From a virus (lineage: Duplodnaviria; Heunggongvirae; Uroviricota; Caudoviricetes), in the IMG/VR virus record IMGVR_UViG_3300035521_000566: DNA of 64,000 nucleotides. One strand, 5' to 3'. The number at the start of each line of letters is the position of its first letter. Positions within the stretch are counted from its first letter, which is position 1. A program made the translations under genes and the position numbers. The notes under the pieces were generated by a model that saw only the letters and a list, made by a program, of their open reading frames with translations, had not been told where the DNA came from and made no database searches. Shown here piece after piece: positions 48,243 to 55,778 of the stretch.

Positions 48243-48316
48243 TTGCGGGAGCTGGATTCGAACCAGCGTATCCCAGGTTATGAGCCTGATGAGCATCCTC
48301 TACTCGCCATCCCGCT
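48243..48316 (-). tRNA. tRNA-Met (anticodon CAT); A1:A72 mismatch at top of acceptor stem
   Basis: T-arm GCTGG-TTCGAAT-CCAGC, anticodon stem TCAGG/CCTGG, loop CTCATAA. Confidence 0.55.
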
Positions 48317-48326
48317 ATATGTAAAC

Positions 48327-48402
48327 TGCAATGGTGACACTAAGCCTCGAACGTCAAGCCTTGCGGCTTAACGCCCGTCTCCCACGACGTTTTACCCATT
48401 GC
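48327..48402 (-). ncRNA. 76-nt structured element closed by a perfect 7-bp terminal helix (GCAATGG/CCATTGC) but with non-canonical core; atypical tRNA-like or other small RNA
   Basis: Terminal helix and T-loop-like GTTCGAGG present; D and anticodon arms cannot be folded canonically; internal hairpin AAGCC-TTGC-GGCTT. Confidence 0.3.
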
Positions 48403-48482
48403 TATTTCTTATGTGTGCATACATAAGAACCTTATGCCTGAGTTTTAATGTACTGTTCATGCACTCAAGTACATCTGCTCCA

Positions 48483-48553
48483 TACTCGTAATGGGATTCG
48501 AACCCACGTCTAAAGATTAAAAATCCTGCTCTGTCCAAACTGAGCTATACAAG
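48483..48553 (-). tRNA. tRNA, probably Lys (anticodon TTT) with weak 4-bp anticodon stem
   Basis: Acceptor ACTTGTA/TACGAGT, T-arm GTGGG-TTCGAAT-CCCAT, loop TTTTTAA. Confidence 0.4.
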
Positions 48554-48634
48554 TATATTTAACATACACTAAACCTTTATTTATTCATTTATGAGAAGAT
48601 TTTAGCACAATAATACATATTTGTCAAACGAAAA

Positions 48635-48707
48635 TACTTGCAGTGGGACTTGAACCCACGACCTCGGAATTAAGAGTTCCTTGCTCTCCCAACTGAGCTA
48701 TACAAGC
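48635..48707 (-). tRNA. tRNA-Lys (anticodon CTT)
   Basis: T-arm GTGGG-TTCAAGT-CCCAC; loop CTCTTAA. Confidence 0.5.
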
Positions 48708-48753
48708 ATATCACAACAAATCTTGTCATGACTTGCAATATTATTGCAATTAG

Positions 48754-48825
48754 TCCCCCTGACAGGATTTGAACCTGCGATATACTGGTTAAAAGCCAGT
48801 TGCCATTCCGCTTGGCTACAGAGGG
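48754..48825 (-). tRNA. tRNA-Lys (anticodon TTT)
   Basis: Acceptor CCCTCTG/CAGGGGG, D-stem GCCA/TGGC, anticodon stem ACTGG/CCAGT, loop CTTTTAA. Confidence 0.55.
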
Positions 48826-48886
48826 TTATTTACTTTGGTTTTCGACACTTCTGTTTTCGTTTCATACTTATTTCCTTCTTTCTTAA

Positions 48887-48960
48887 ATTATTATAGCGGC
48901 TCCAACGGGAATCGAACCCGTGCTCTACTGCGTGACAGGCAGTTGATTTAACCAGTTAAT
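48887..48960 (-). tRNA. tRNA-Asp (anticodon GTC)
   Basis: Acceptor GGCTCTA/TGGAGCC, anticodon stem ACTGC/GCAGT, loop CTGTCAC. Confidence 0.55.
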
Positions 48961-48964
48961 CTAT

Positions 48965-49048
48965 AGAGCCATAGTCGGTAGGGTGAGATTCGGACTCACA
49001 ACGTTTCTAATGTCACAGTTTTACAGACTGCTTGCTTCACCAGTTTGC
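48965..49048 (-). tRNA. tRNA-Tyr (anticodon GTA), long variable arm
   Basis: Acceptor CGGTAGG/CCTACCG, loop CTGTAAA, 84 nt. Confidence 0.55.
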
Positions 49049-49117
49049 ATACCTACCGTAATCAGTAATAATCAAGGATATAATAATAATCAACCATATT
49101 CATCACTCCTTTTAATA

Positions 49118-49198
49118 AAATCATAAGTACCCGTAGAGGGATTCGAACCCTCACCCTTTCGGGACCTGTTTCTAAGACAAGCATGTATTCCAGTTCCA
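49118..49198 (-). tRNA. tRNA-Leu (anticodon TAG), long variable arm
   Basis: Acceptor GCCCGTA/TACGGGT, loop CTTAGAA, variable hairpin CCCGAAAGGG. Confidence 0.5.
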
Positions 49199-49203
49199 AC
49201 ATA

Positions 49204-49278
49204 CGGGCATAAGTAGGTGTGGTCAGATTCGAACTGACAATAAAATTGTGTTTGAAACAACCCCGTCTACCAGTTGCG
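49204..49278 (-). tRNA. tRNA with anticodon CAA (Leu by anticodon) but class-I length (75 nt)
   Basis: Acceptor GGGTGTG/CACACCT, anticodon stem GTTGT/ACAAT, loop TTCAAAC; no long variable arm. Confidence 0.4.
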
Positions 49279-49282
49279 GCAC

Positions 49283-49366
49283 ACACCCACAGTACACCCG
49301 ATGAGAGTCGAACTCACATGCTGTTACCAGCGTCAGAGCTTAAATCTGATGCGTCTTCCAGTTCCG
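49283..49366 (-). tRNA. tRNA-Leu (anticodon TAA), long variable arm
   Basis: Anticodon stem TCAGA/TCTGA, loop TTTAAGC, 84 nt. Confidence 0.5.
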
Positions 49367-49467
49367 CCACGGGTGCATAATTATTTAATTTTAGTTCACC
49401 TGCGAGTCGCAGGACTTGTAATCGCAATCGTAACATAATCTTAATCTCCTATTCTGAAATATTTGCA

Positions 49468-49538
49468 AGCTGGATAAGCGAATCGAACGCTTGTCATCGG
49501 GTTACAAAGCCGAGGCTCTGCCATTGAGCAAATCCAGC
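49468..49538 (-). tRNA. tRNA-Thr (anticodon TGT)
   Basis: Acceptor GCTGGAT/ATCCAGC; loop TTTGTAA; one mismatch at base of anticodon stem. Confidence 0.45.
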
Positions 49539-49543
49539 ATAGT

Positions 49544-49612
49544 TGCTGCAACCAGGTTCGAACTGATTACAATGTGGATATGAGCCACATCTGCTTCCAC
49601 TAGCATTGCAGC
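49544..49612 (-). tRNA. compact tRNA with CAT anticodon (Met, or Ile2 if lysidinylated), 69 nt
   Basis: Acceptor GCTGCAA/TTGCAGC, anticodon stem TGTGG/CCACA, loop CTCATAT, short D-arm. Confidence 0.45.
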
Positions 49613-49747
49613 ATTATTTTAAAATCAATGCCTTTCTCACTTTCTCCGCAAAGAACGAGCTTTCATCAAGTGGTAGGATGACACATCATCTACTCACCGC
49701 TATGGCTGTCCGCAAACACCGATGGGCTTTATATTTTGCTATTTCAG

Positions 49748-49818
49748 TAGGGCGTAACGGAATCGAACCGTTCTTAGATGCTTATAAGACACCCGCACTC
49801 CCACTGTACTAACGCCCC
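49748..49818 (-). tRNA. tRNA-Ile (anticodon TAT)
   Basis: Acceptor GGGGCGT/ACGCCCT, anticodon stem GGTGT/GCATC, loop CTTATAA. Confidence 0.45.
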
Positions 49819-49882
49819 TTATTTAATAATAAAAGACGCTATTCGTATTCGTTTTGATTCCATTAAAAGTTCTCCTTTTTTT

Positions 49883-49955
49883 TTATATAATAAGTGCGTA
49901 ACGGGAATCGAACCCGTCCCTTTAGTTTGGAGGACTAACATGCAAGCCGCTAACA
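49883..49955 (-). tRNA. tRNA, anticodon unresolved (best fold gives TCC = Gly with C33)
   Basis: Good acceptor GTGCGTG/TACGCAC and T-arm ACGGG-TTCGATT-CCCGT; anticodon loop CCTCCAA. Confidence 0.35.
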
Positions 49956-49997
49956 CCTCACGCACATTTTTTTTATATCAAGTAAGTGCCTGTTTTA

Positions 49998-50069
49998 CTT
50001 GATATAATACTCGGTACGAGAATCGAACTCGTCTCTTTGCCGTGAAAGGGCAACAACTTAACCGCTTGT
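49998..50069 (-). tRNA. tRNA-Glu (anticodon TTC)
   Basis: T-arm ACGAG-TTCGATT-CTCGT, anticodon stem TTGCC/GGCAA, loop CTTTCAC. Confidence 0.5.
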
Positions 50070-50085
50070 CCAACCGAGCATATTT

Positions 50086-50161
50086 AATATTTAAAGGTGA
50101 CCGACGGGATTTGAACCCGCATCCTTCGGAACCACAATCCGACGCATTACCAAAAATCTGC
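50086..50161 (-). tRNA. tRNA-His (anticodon GTG)
   Basis: Anticodon stem TCGGA/TCCGA, loop TTGTGGT; T-loop TTCAAAT. Confidence 0.5.
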
Positions 50162-50162
50162 C

Positions 50163-50235
50163 ACAGCCACAGTACCCGATGTATGACTCGAACATACCAC
50201 CCTCTGTATGTAAGACAGATGCTCTACCAGATGAG
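50163..50235 (-). tRNA. tRNA-Val (anticodon TAC)
   Basis: Acceptor GCCCGAT/ATCGGGT, anticodon stem TCTGT/ACAGA, loop CTTACAT. Confidence 0.5.
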
Positions 50236-50241
50236 CTAATC

Positions 50242-50316
50242 GGGCATATAATCGGAATGGCGAGATTCGAACTCACAATGTCTCGGTCCCAAGCCGAGCG
50301 GATTAGCCAAATTATC
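50242..50316 (-). tRNA. tRNA-Pro (anticodon TGG)
   Basis: Acceptor CGGAATG/CATTCCG, anticodon stem CTCGG/CCGAG, loop CTTGGGA. Confidence 0.55.
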
Positions 50317-50323
50317 CTACATT

Positions 50324-50397
50324 CCGATATTCAGTAGTCCCTGCGGGAATTGAACCCAGCGTCTCCAGATTGAGAGTCTGATGTCGTAACCGTTAGA
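50324..50397 (-). tRNA. tRNA-Glu (anticodon CTC)
   Basis: Acceptor GGTCCCT/AGGGACT, anticodon stem TCAGA/TCTGG, loop CTCTCAA; weak T-stem. Confidence 0.4.
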
Positions 50398-50430
50398 CTA
50401 AGGGACCATATTCTATAAGCAATACCTTTC

Positions 50431-50505
50431 TAACAGTATTGGATTCGAACCACATCTCCGTGTCACTCACCACGACGTTCTACCATTGAACTAACCACCA
50501 TACTC
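50431..50505 (-). pseudogene. degenerate tRNA-like sequence (good D-arm; 8-nt anticodon loop GTGAGTGA; weak T and acceptor stems)
   Basis: D-arm GTTC-AATGGTA-GAAC intact; acceptor has 4 GU pairs; T-stem has only 3 pairs. Confidence 0.3.
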
Positions 50506-50518
50506 GGTATTACTTAAA

Positions 50519-50594
50519 TGGAGCTTTTGGGAATCGAACCCAACTGTTTTCCTGCTTGCAAGGCAGGTGACCACCCCTTGCAGTCCCAAACCCC
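50519..50594 (-). tRNA. tRNA-Ala (anticodon TGC) with G3:U70 identity pair
   Basis: Acceptor GGGGTTT/AAGCTCC (G3-U70 wobble), anticodon stem CCTGC/GCAGG, loop CTTGCAA, T-arm TTGGG-TTCGATT-CCCAA. Confidence 0.5.
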
Positions 50595-50602
50595 ATATTA
50601 AG

Positions 50603-50675
50603 TGGCTCGTGATAGTTTCGGGCTATCGACACTTTGGGCTTCAACCAAATGCTCTACCATCTGAGCTAACGAGCC
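50603..50675 (-). tRNA. tRNA-Phe (anticodon GAA) with unusual T-loop CCCGAAA
   Basis: Acceptor GGCTCGT/ACGAGCC, D-stem GCTC/GAGC, anticodon stem TTTGG/CCAAA, loop TTGAAGC, T-stem GATAG/CTATC. Confidence 0.5.
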
Positions 50676-50726
50676 AGTTTTATTTAGTTTAACTTATTAT
50701 CAGGTGCCTGTTCTGATAATAATCAG

Positions 50727-50799
50727 CTCCCACAACAGGGTTCGAACCTGTGACATACTGGTTAACAGCCAGTCGCTCTACCTACTGAGCTATATGGGA
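50727..50799 (-). tRNA. tRNA-Asn (anticodon GTT)
   Basis: D-arm GCTC-AGTAGGTA-GAGC, anticodon stem ACTGG/CCAGT, loop CTGTTAA, T-arm ACAGG-TTCGAAC-CCTGT. Confidence 0.55.
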
Positions 50800-51871
50800 A
50801 TATATTAAAAAAATCGCCTATCTTTTAATCTGGTCTAATTTTATCTAAGATAAATATTAGCCGTTATTGGATAGACGATTTGCTTTATATATAAATAAGC
50901 TTATAATAACACTTTAAGTTCGCAATCGTCTAATCCGTGGTTCGAGATGCCCAAATAACGCTATATCGGCGTAGTCCTCTCCCGTAAAATCGACTGTCGG
51001 ATTTGAGCATGACAAATTAAACATATTCACTGGATATGTTTTTGCAAATGTATTAGGTTTATTATACATGCTCTGCTTTTTCATAATGCTCATTTCCTTT
51101 CTAAAATATTTGTCTTGTATAATGTAAAATGCCCATCTTTTATCCGACAGGTCCAACAAATTAGTTTCAAGATACTGCAGTAGCCATCCTCATTCGAGGT
51201 GTAGCCCGCTCGCTTGATACGCTGTTAGTAAACTATCAGATAAAAGACAGGCACTTCTTTTATCAGATTTATTATCCTTTTATATAATACATCAGCGTTT
51301 TCACCTTGTCAAGCATTTTTTGCTGATTTCTGAATTTTTTTTGTATTTTGTTACTTTTGCGAATAAATGTTGTGAAGCTTGTGAGGAAAACCGTCTTTTA
51401 AATCCTTGTTTAATTAACAGTTTTCCTCACCTTCATGCACACATATATTTTGTTCACAAAAAGAGGAGACCTAAAGATATTAGTAACACCTTTGGACAAT
51501 TAGAGTATACTAAAAATCTCCTCATATGTCAAGGAATTTTGACAAAATTTTAAAGATATTGTATCATACTGTACATCTTTAAGCATAATAAACACTTTTA
51601 TTATATTAAGCCAAAATCGACAGATGGCTCTGTAACGCTTCACAACGCTCCAGAATCCATTTTAACGTTTTAGGCAACCTGTTTATCCTAAAAATTGATA
51701 AAGTGCCTTAAAACGCAAAATACGAGGTCGTTTTTGCAAACTCGTCTTCTATTCTGGAACTTTCGTGCCTAATTTTAGCACATGCACTGTTCACAACTTC
51801 AGATAAACTGTAGTCGAAACCATTCTCACTTCATGCCTCGTAGATTTTACGAGTCAAATTTGAAACTTAAA

Positions 51872-52894
51872 TCATAATATACATTCCTCAGCGTTTTTCT
51901 CAGGACGCAATCTTAAAAATCTAGGATGTCTGTACGCCCCTGTCTTCTTAATCTGTTCCATCGCACCAATCTCCATTGCTGTTCCAATGTATTCTGGCTT
52001 AATATTATGATTACCGTCTGATAACAGAATCTTAGTGGCATCATCTATTCCCGATGTCTGACCAAGCTCTACTAAGCTGCCTTCGACATATTTGCCGAAT
52101 CGAATGGCTCCAATCCAGCCGTTATGCCATGCCTTTGTTACTTTGTCACCATTCTCGTAATATTGCCAGACTGTAGTATTATCTTGGTCTAATAAGATAC
52201 CTTCGTATTCTCTTGTAGGAGCGGTTGCCCCCATTATGACTACATCATCTGTAATATACTTCTTGAGCTTTATCTGCATCTTACTTCTTGTAGGACTGTC
52301 GCTTGATGACATATATATGCTGTCTTTATGCTTTAACACAAGTCCTTCACCGCCAGAGCCTACAATCTTATGAAACAAATCCATCTTGTTTCTTGTATAA
52401 GTAGGCAAAACGATAATATAATCTGTTCCGTATTTGGCTTTAATCTGAGCTACTACTTGTGATGCCAACTTAATACGGTCTGAATATCCCATATTTGTTA
52501 CATCAACACCGTTATGTCTTACAATATCAAAGACTTTATACTTGATATAGCCCATTTGTTCCTGTTTCTTGATTGCCAGTTCTGGCAAACTGCCCATAAT
52601 TGAAACTGTCTGGCTGAAATCATCATGCTGAATTTCACCATCTAAAATCGTACCAGCCAGTTCAGGCATCACTAATTTAGATAAGTGAGGTACGTTTTCA
52701 GTTTTCTCTACAGGTGCACCCGTAATTCTTGACTTCTGTCGGCTACTGAATCTATTGCAATCTGCTTCAATAAACATCGTATACCGACTTCCGTCTACTT
52801 TTTCCTGTGCTATCCAATCACTGTCATCTGCAAGCATCTCATCAGTAATTGTACCTGAAGACGCAAGCATCGGATATAAAGCTTCTAACTGCAT
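51872..52894 (-). CDS. ATP-dependent DNA ligase (T7-like, 340 aa)
   Basis: Motif I IAQEKVDGSR (KxDG), motif III/IV TILDGEI, motif V GGEGLVLKHKDS. Confidence 0.65.
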   Translation of the reverse strand: MQLEALYPMLASSGTITDEMLADDSDWIAQEKVDGSRYTMFIEADCNRFSSRQKSRITGAPVEKTENVPHLSKLVMPELAGTILDGEIQHDDFSQTVSIMGSLPELAIKKQEQMGYIKYKVFDIVRHNGVDVTNMGYSDRIKLASQVVAQIKAKYGTDYIIVLPTYTRNKMDLFHKIVGSGGEGLVLKHKDSIYMSSSDSPTRSKMQIKLKKYITDDVVIMGATAPTREYEGILLDQDNTTVWQYYENGDKVTKAWHNGWIGAIRFGKYVEGSLVELGQTSGIDDATKILLSDGNHNIKPEYIGTAMEIGAMEQIKKTGAYRHPRFLRLRPEKNAEECIL

Positions 52895-52895
52895 A

Positions 52896-53201
52896 CTACA
52901 TCACCTCGAATACTACTGGTCTGACCCACCCGTCAGCCTTTGGACTAAATAACATATCAGCACGCTCGTCGAAATAATTTTTAGCGTCAACAAGTGATGT
53001 GAACATACTCAAATGATAATTTCGAACGAATGGACTATACATTAAATTGCCAAACAGGTCATTACCCTTACGAATTGAATAACTACCCTTTTCCCATCTG
53101 GCAATTACATCATCCTTATCTGCTGGTTCTTCTGTTCCACTATTTAGATAAATAGCTGTCCAGCCTGTCATATCGACATCGTCATCACATGACTGCTTCA
53201 T
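52896..53201 (-). CDS. hypothetical protein (101 aa)
   Basis: ORF abutting the ligase gene (1-nt spacing). Confidence 0.4.
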   Translation of the reverse strand: MKQSCDDDVDMTGWTAIYLNSGTEEPADKDDVIARWEKGSYSIRKGNDLFGNLMYSPFVRNYHLSMFTSLVDAKNYFDERADMLFSPKADGWVRPVVFEVM

Positions 53202-53224
53202 AGTTTTGTTTCCCCCGTATAATA

Positions 53225-53467
53225 TTATTCTTCTGATTCTGATTTAACTTCGGACTTTGCTTTTATCTCAGATTCAGAGTCTGCTTCGGATTTAAGTTCA
53301 TCGTCATCATAAAAGTCATCATCATCGAAATCAAAATCAAGCATATCGTCGTCATCATCCGATTCCTTTCCTGATTTACGAACAATAGCACATATTGCTT
53401 TGATTATGACTGCTATTGTCAATACAATACCTGATACCTTCAAAAACTTCTTTAAATGTTTCTTCAT
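53225..53467 (-). CDS. small membrane-anchored acidic protein (~80 aa)
   Basis: Likely start MKKHLKK (ATG 53467, SD TAAAGGAGAA); track start 53539 would overlap the relaxase gene by 49 nt. Confidence 0.35.
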   Translation of the reverse strand: MKKHLKKFLKVSGIVLTIAVIIKAICAIVRKSGKESDDDDDMLDFDFDDDDFYDDDELKSEADSESEIKAKSEVKSESEE

Positions 53468-53490
53468 AAATAAATTCTCCTTTACTATTA

Positions 53491-55620
53491 TTATTCTTTT
53501 TGCATATCGTTTTCTGTCTGCTCTGACTGAGCCGAACACATATTGATAGACTGCACAGTCAACTTAACAGCAAGCTTCATGTCTTTATTATAGTCCTGGT
53601 CAAGCTTTACAGTCTTGCTATTATGCTTTAGCTCAGCTGATGCCTTATTCTGTTCCAGAATAGGCTTCGTTGCCATTCTGTCTGCCAGCTCTTTCATAAC
53701 CTGAATATCTTTATTCTGAAAGGTTTCTATCATGTATTCCTGTCCAGAATCTCTTAGATAGTCACACGCTGACTGATATTTTGAATGTCTCTCGTTTGCA
53801 GCTTCTATGAAATTATCAGCATTAAACTTCGAGATAGGAACATCATATGTCCAATCATATGATAAATGATGCAGGTCTAATGCTTTCACTTCCCGAAAAG
53901 CATAGCCCTCTTCTTTTTTAACACCTTGTCCATCAAACTTTAAGCCGTAACCCGAAAGCTTCACTTGAAAATCTTCTTCCATCTCATCATAACGATGCTG
54001 CATCTGTAAGATACGATTTTCTAGTACCTGAGGCTCTGTTGCAGCAAATCGTCCGCCGTGCATGTCATAAACACGCAATCCATAATCTTCAGCACTTTCA
54101 GGCTTCATACGTTTACAAGACTTATCGTCTTTCAACTGTCCTAATTTATGTATTTTATGTTTATATTCCATCAATTCATGAAAGTCATCTTCATACTTAT
54201 CCTGAGACGGCAAGAAACTCAAAAAGTGCTGATACTTACTCATTACTTTTGAGTTGTACTCCTGCTCTTCTTTAAAGAAGTCATACAAAGGCTGTGACGC
54301 TGGAGCTACTGTTCCATTGTCTTTCGCCCTTTCATACTGTCTGGACAAATCATGGTATTTTGCCATCTCTTTTTTATGATGTTCCAATCTGCTGGAATAC
54401 GACCGAAGTTTAAATCCGAATTCAATCATCGGGTCATCTTTCACATGGTCAGCCATCGTCTCATAATCCATACTCATAGCGTCGAGCATCGGTGTCTTTA
54501 CTTTGCGTTCTTCATCAGGAACCTGTCTTAATACAGCATAAACACCGTTCATACAATCCTCTACGATTCTCTGTCTGCCATCATCAATCAGCTTACGATG
54601 TTCTCGTGGCGATAAATCTTCTCGAACTGTACGCTCGTCTGCGTACGCTGCTACATCTCGCATTGCTTCTCGATAACCTGAATCTGGCTGCTCTAGTACC
54701 TGTTCTACATACTCACGGACAATCGCATTCGCTTTCTGCATCTCTTTTCGGTTTGTAGATGCTCGCCATAAAGATTTATCATCAGGCAAGCACGCCATTA
54801 AGAGCTGTGGTGTGCCGTGCTCGTCCATCGTCTGATGCGTATATTTTTTGATAAAGCACAACGCATTTCTCTTATCGTAAGTAATATTACTGCTCATCAT
54901 AGCCACTTTTTGTTTCTCATCTAAAAACATATCAATACCACGACGCAAATCACGCTTATTCTTCTCAGAAAGTTTTCCCCGCTGTGTTCCGTCTTTTGTG
55001 ATATTACCCAATCCTCGGTCTACCATAGCAAGATGACAATGCACATGGGCTGTATCAACCTGTATTACACCAACATACTGAAGGTCATCGTATTCCGAAC
55101 TCATCTTGTCCATTCCATTCATAATAGCCATACGAAGCTTCATCTGGTCAATGTTACCTCGGTAATCGCCACGCTGTTTGAACTCAAAGCTATCATCTAT
55201 GATTTTATTTTTCTTAAGATAATCTTCGTCAAACGACAGAACTGTCTTCATAACAGTCTTTCCAGCATCGAAATTACGCTGAATATCTTTACTAGCCCAG
55301 CGAATCTTGGCATCTGATAAAGATACATCGCCGTATCCAAATGCAATACCGCCGACACCATCAGCCTCTCGAATCTTCTGTTTCTCATCAGGTACAGACT
55401 CGCACACTTCCGAAGCTTCTTTACGAGCCATATATCGTGTGATAAAAGATTCATGGTCTTGCAGCCTAACAGGTGTCAGGTCTTCGACAGCCTTATCTCG
55501 TGCCATATACCGTAATACATAGTCTCCAGGGGTTCCTCCACGAGAACCGCCTTTTGAGCCTTTATTCTTAATTGAGTATTCATTAACTACAACGATTGAC
55601 TGTTTCAATCCCATGAACAC
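53491..55620 (-). CDS. MobA/MobL-family (MOBQ-type) relaxase, 709 aa with long C-terminal extension
   Basis: N-terminus KGSKGGSRGGTPGDYVLRYMARDKA (cf RSF1010 MobA KTGSRSGGQSARAKADYIQREGKYARD, catalytic Tyr region) and IQVDTAHVHCHLAMVDRG (cf MobA HAGGGENPHCHLMISER His-triad motif); class B promoter 55658-55686. Confidence 0.65.
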   Translation of the reverse strand: MFMGLKQSIVVVNEYSIKNKGSKGGSRGGTPGDYVLRYMARDKAVEDLTPVRLQDHESFITRYMARKEASEVCESVPDEKQKIREADGVGGIAFGYGDVSLSDAKIRWASKDIQRNFDAGKTVMKTVLSFDEDYLKKNKIIDDSFEFKQRGDYRGNIDQMKLRMAIMNGMDKMSSEYDDLQYVGVIQVDTAHVHCHLAMVDRGLGNITKDGTQRGKLSEKNKRDLRRGIDMFLDEKQKVAMMSSNITYDKRNALCFIKKYTHQTMDEHGTPQLLMACLPDDKSLWRASTNRKEMQKANAIVREYVEQVLEQPDSGYREAMRDVAAYADERTVREDLSPREHRKLIDDGRQRIVEDCMNGVYAVLRQVPDEERKVKTPMLDAMSMDYETMADHVKDDPMIEFGFKLRSYSSRLEHHKKEMAKYHDLSRQYERAKDNGTVAPASQPLYDFFKEEQEYNSKVMSKYQHFLSFLPSQDKYEDDFHELMEYKHKIHKLGQLKDDKSCKRMKPESAEDYGLRVYDMHGGRFAATEPQVLENRILQMQHRYDEMEEDFQVKLSGYGLKFDGQGVKKEEGYAFREVKALDLHHLSYDWTYDVPISKFNADNFIEAANERHSKYQSACDYLRDSGQEYMIETFQNKDIQVMKELADRMATKPILEQNKASAELKHNSKTVKLDQDYNKDMKLAVKLTVQSINMCSAQSEQTENDMQKE

Positions 55621-55657
55621 ACACTCCTTTTACATATTTCGTAACACTCATATGTTT

Positions 55658-55686
55658 ATTATATAATAAAAACGCTCATAAATCAA
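55658..55686 (-). promoter_or_regulatory. class B promoter: TTGATT-TATGAGCGTTTTTATTA-TATAAT
   Basis: Upstream of the relaxase gene. Confidence 0.5.
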
Positions 55687-55738
55687 CAATAAAATATATT
55701 TTAAAGTGTGCTATAGGTGTGTCATTCATAGCACAAAA

Positions 55739-55768
55739 ATAAGACACCAAAACATGGTGTCTTATTTA
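55739..55768 (-). terminator. terminator AAGACACC-AAAACAT-GGTGTCTT
   Basis: Downstream of gene 55779..56486. Confidence 0.45.
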
Positions 55769-55778
55769 ATTTATGTAT

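Noticed and set aside
46947-48316. Integrated prophage or island with att sites at duplicated tRNA-Met ends
   Set aside because: Only ~1.2 kb with two small genes lies between the copies and no integrase or recombinase is present. I kept it as a cassette-acquisition observation instead.
48483-49278. Suppressor tRNAs (anticodon TTA or TCA) and stop-codon recoding
   Set aside because: Alternative loop registers giving TTA or TCA need badly mismatched anticodon stems. All large ORFs are intact under the standard code.
49613-49745. Possible extra tRNA in the 130-nt gap of the array
   Set aside because: Only imperfect palindromes are present, with no T-loop or acceptor pairing.
51160-51870. Track ORFs 50914..51159 and 51320..51553 in the 700-bp region downstream of the ligase gene
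   Set aside because: No RBS, odd composition and no recognisable features. The region is more likely non-coding and regulatory, but I could not find a convincing motif, so I made no feature call.
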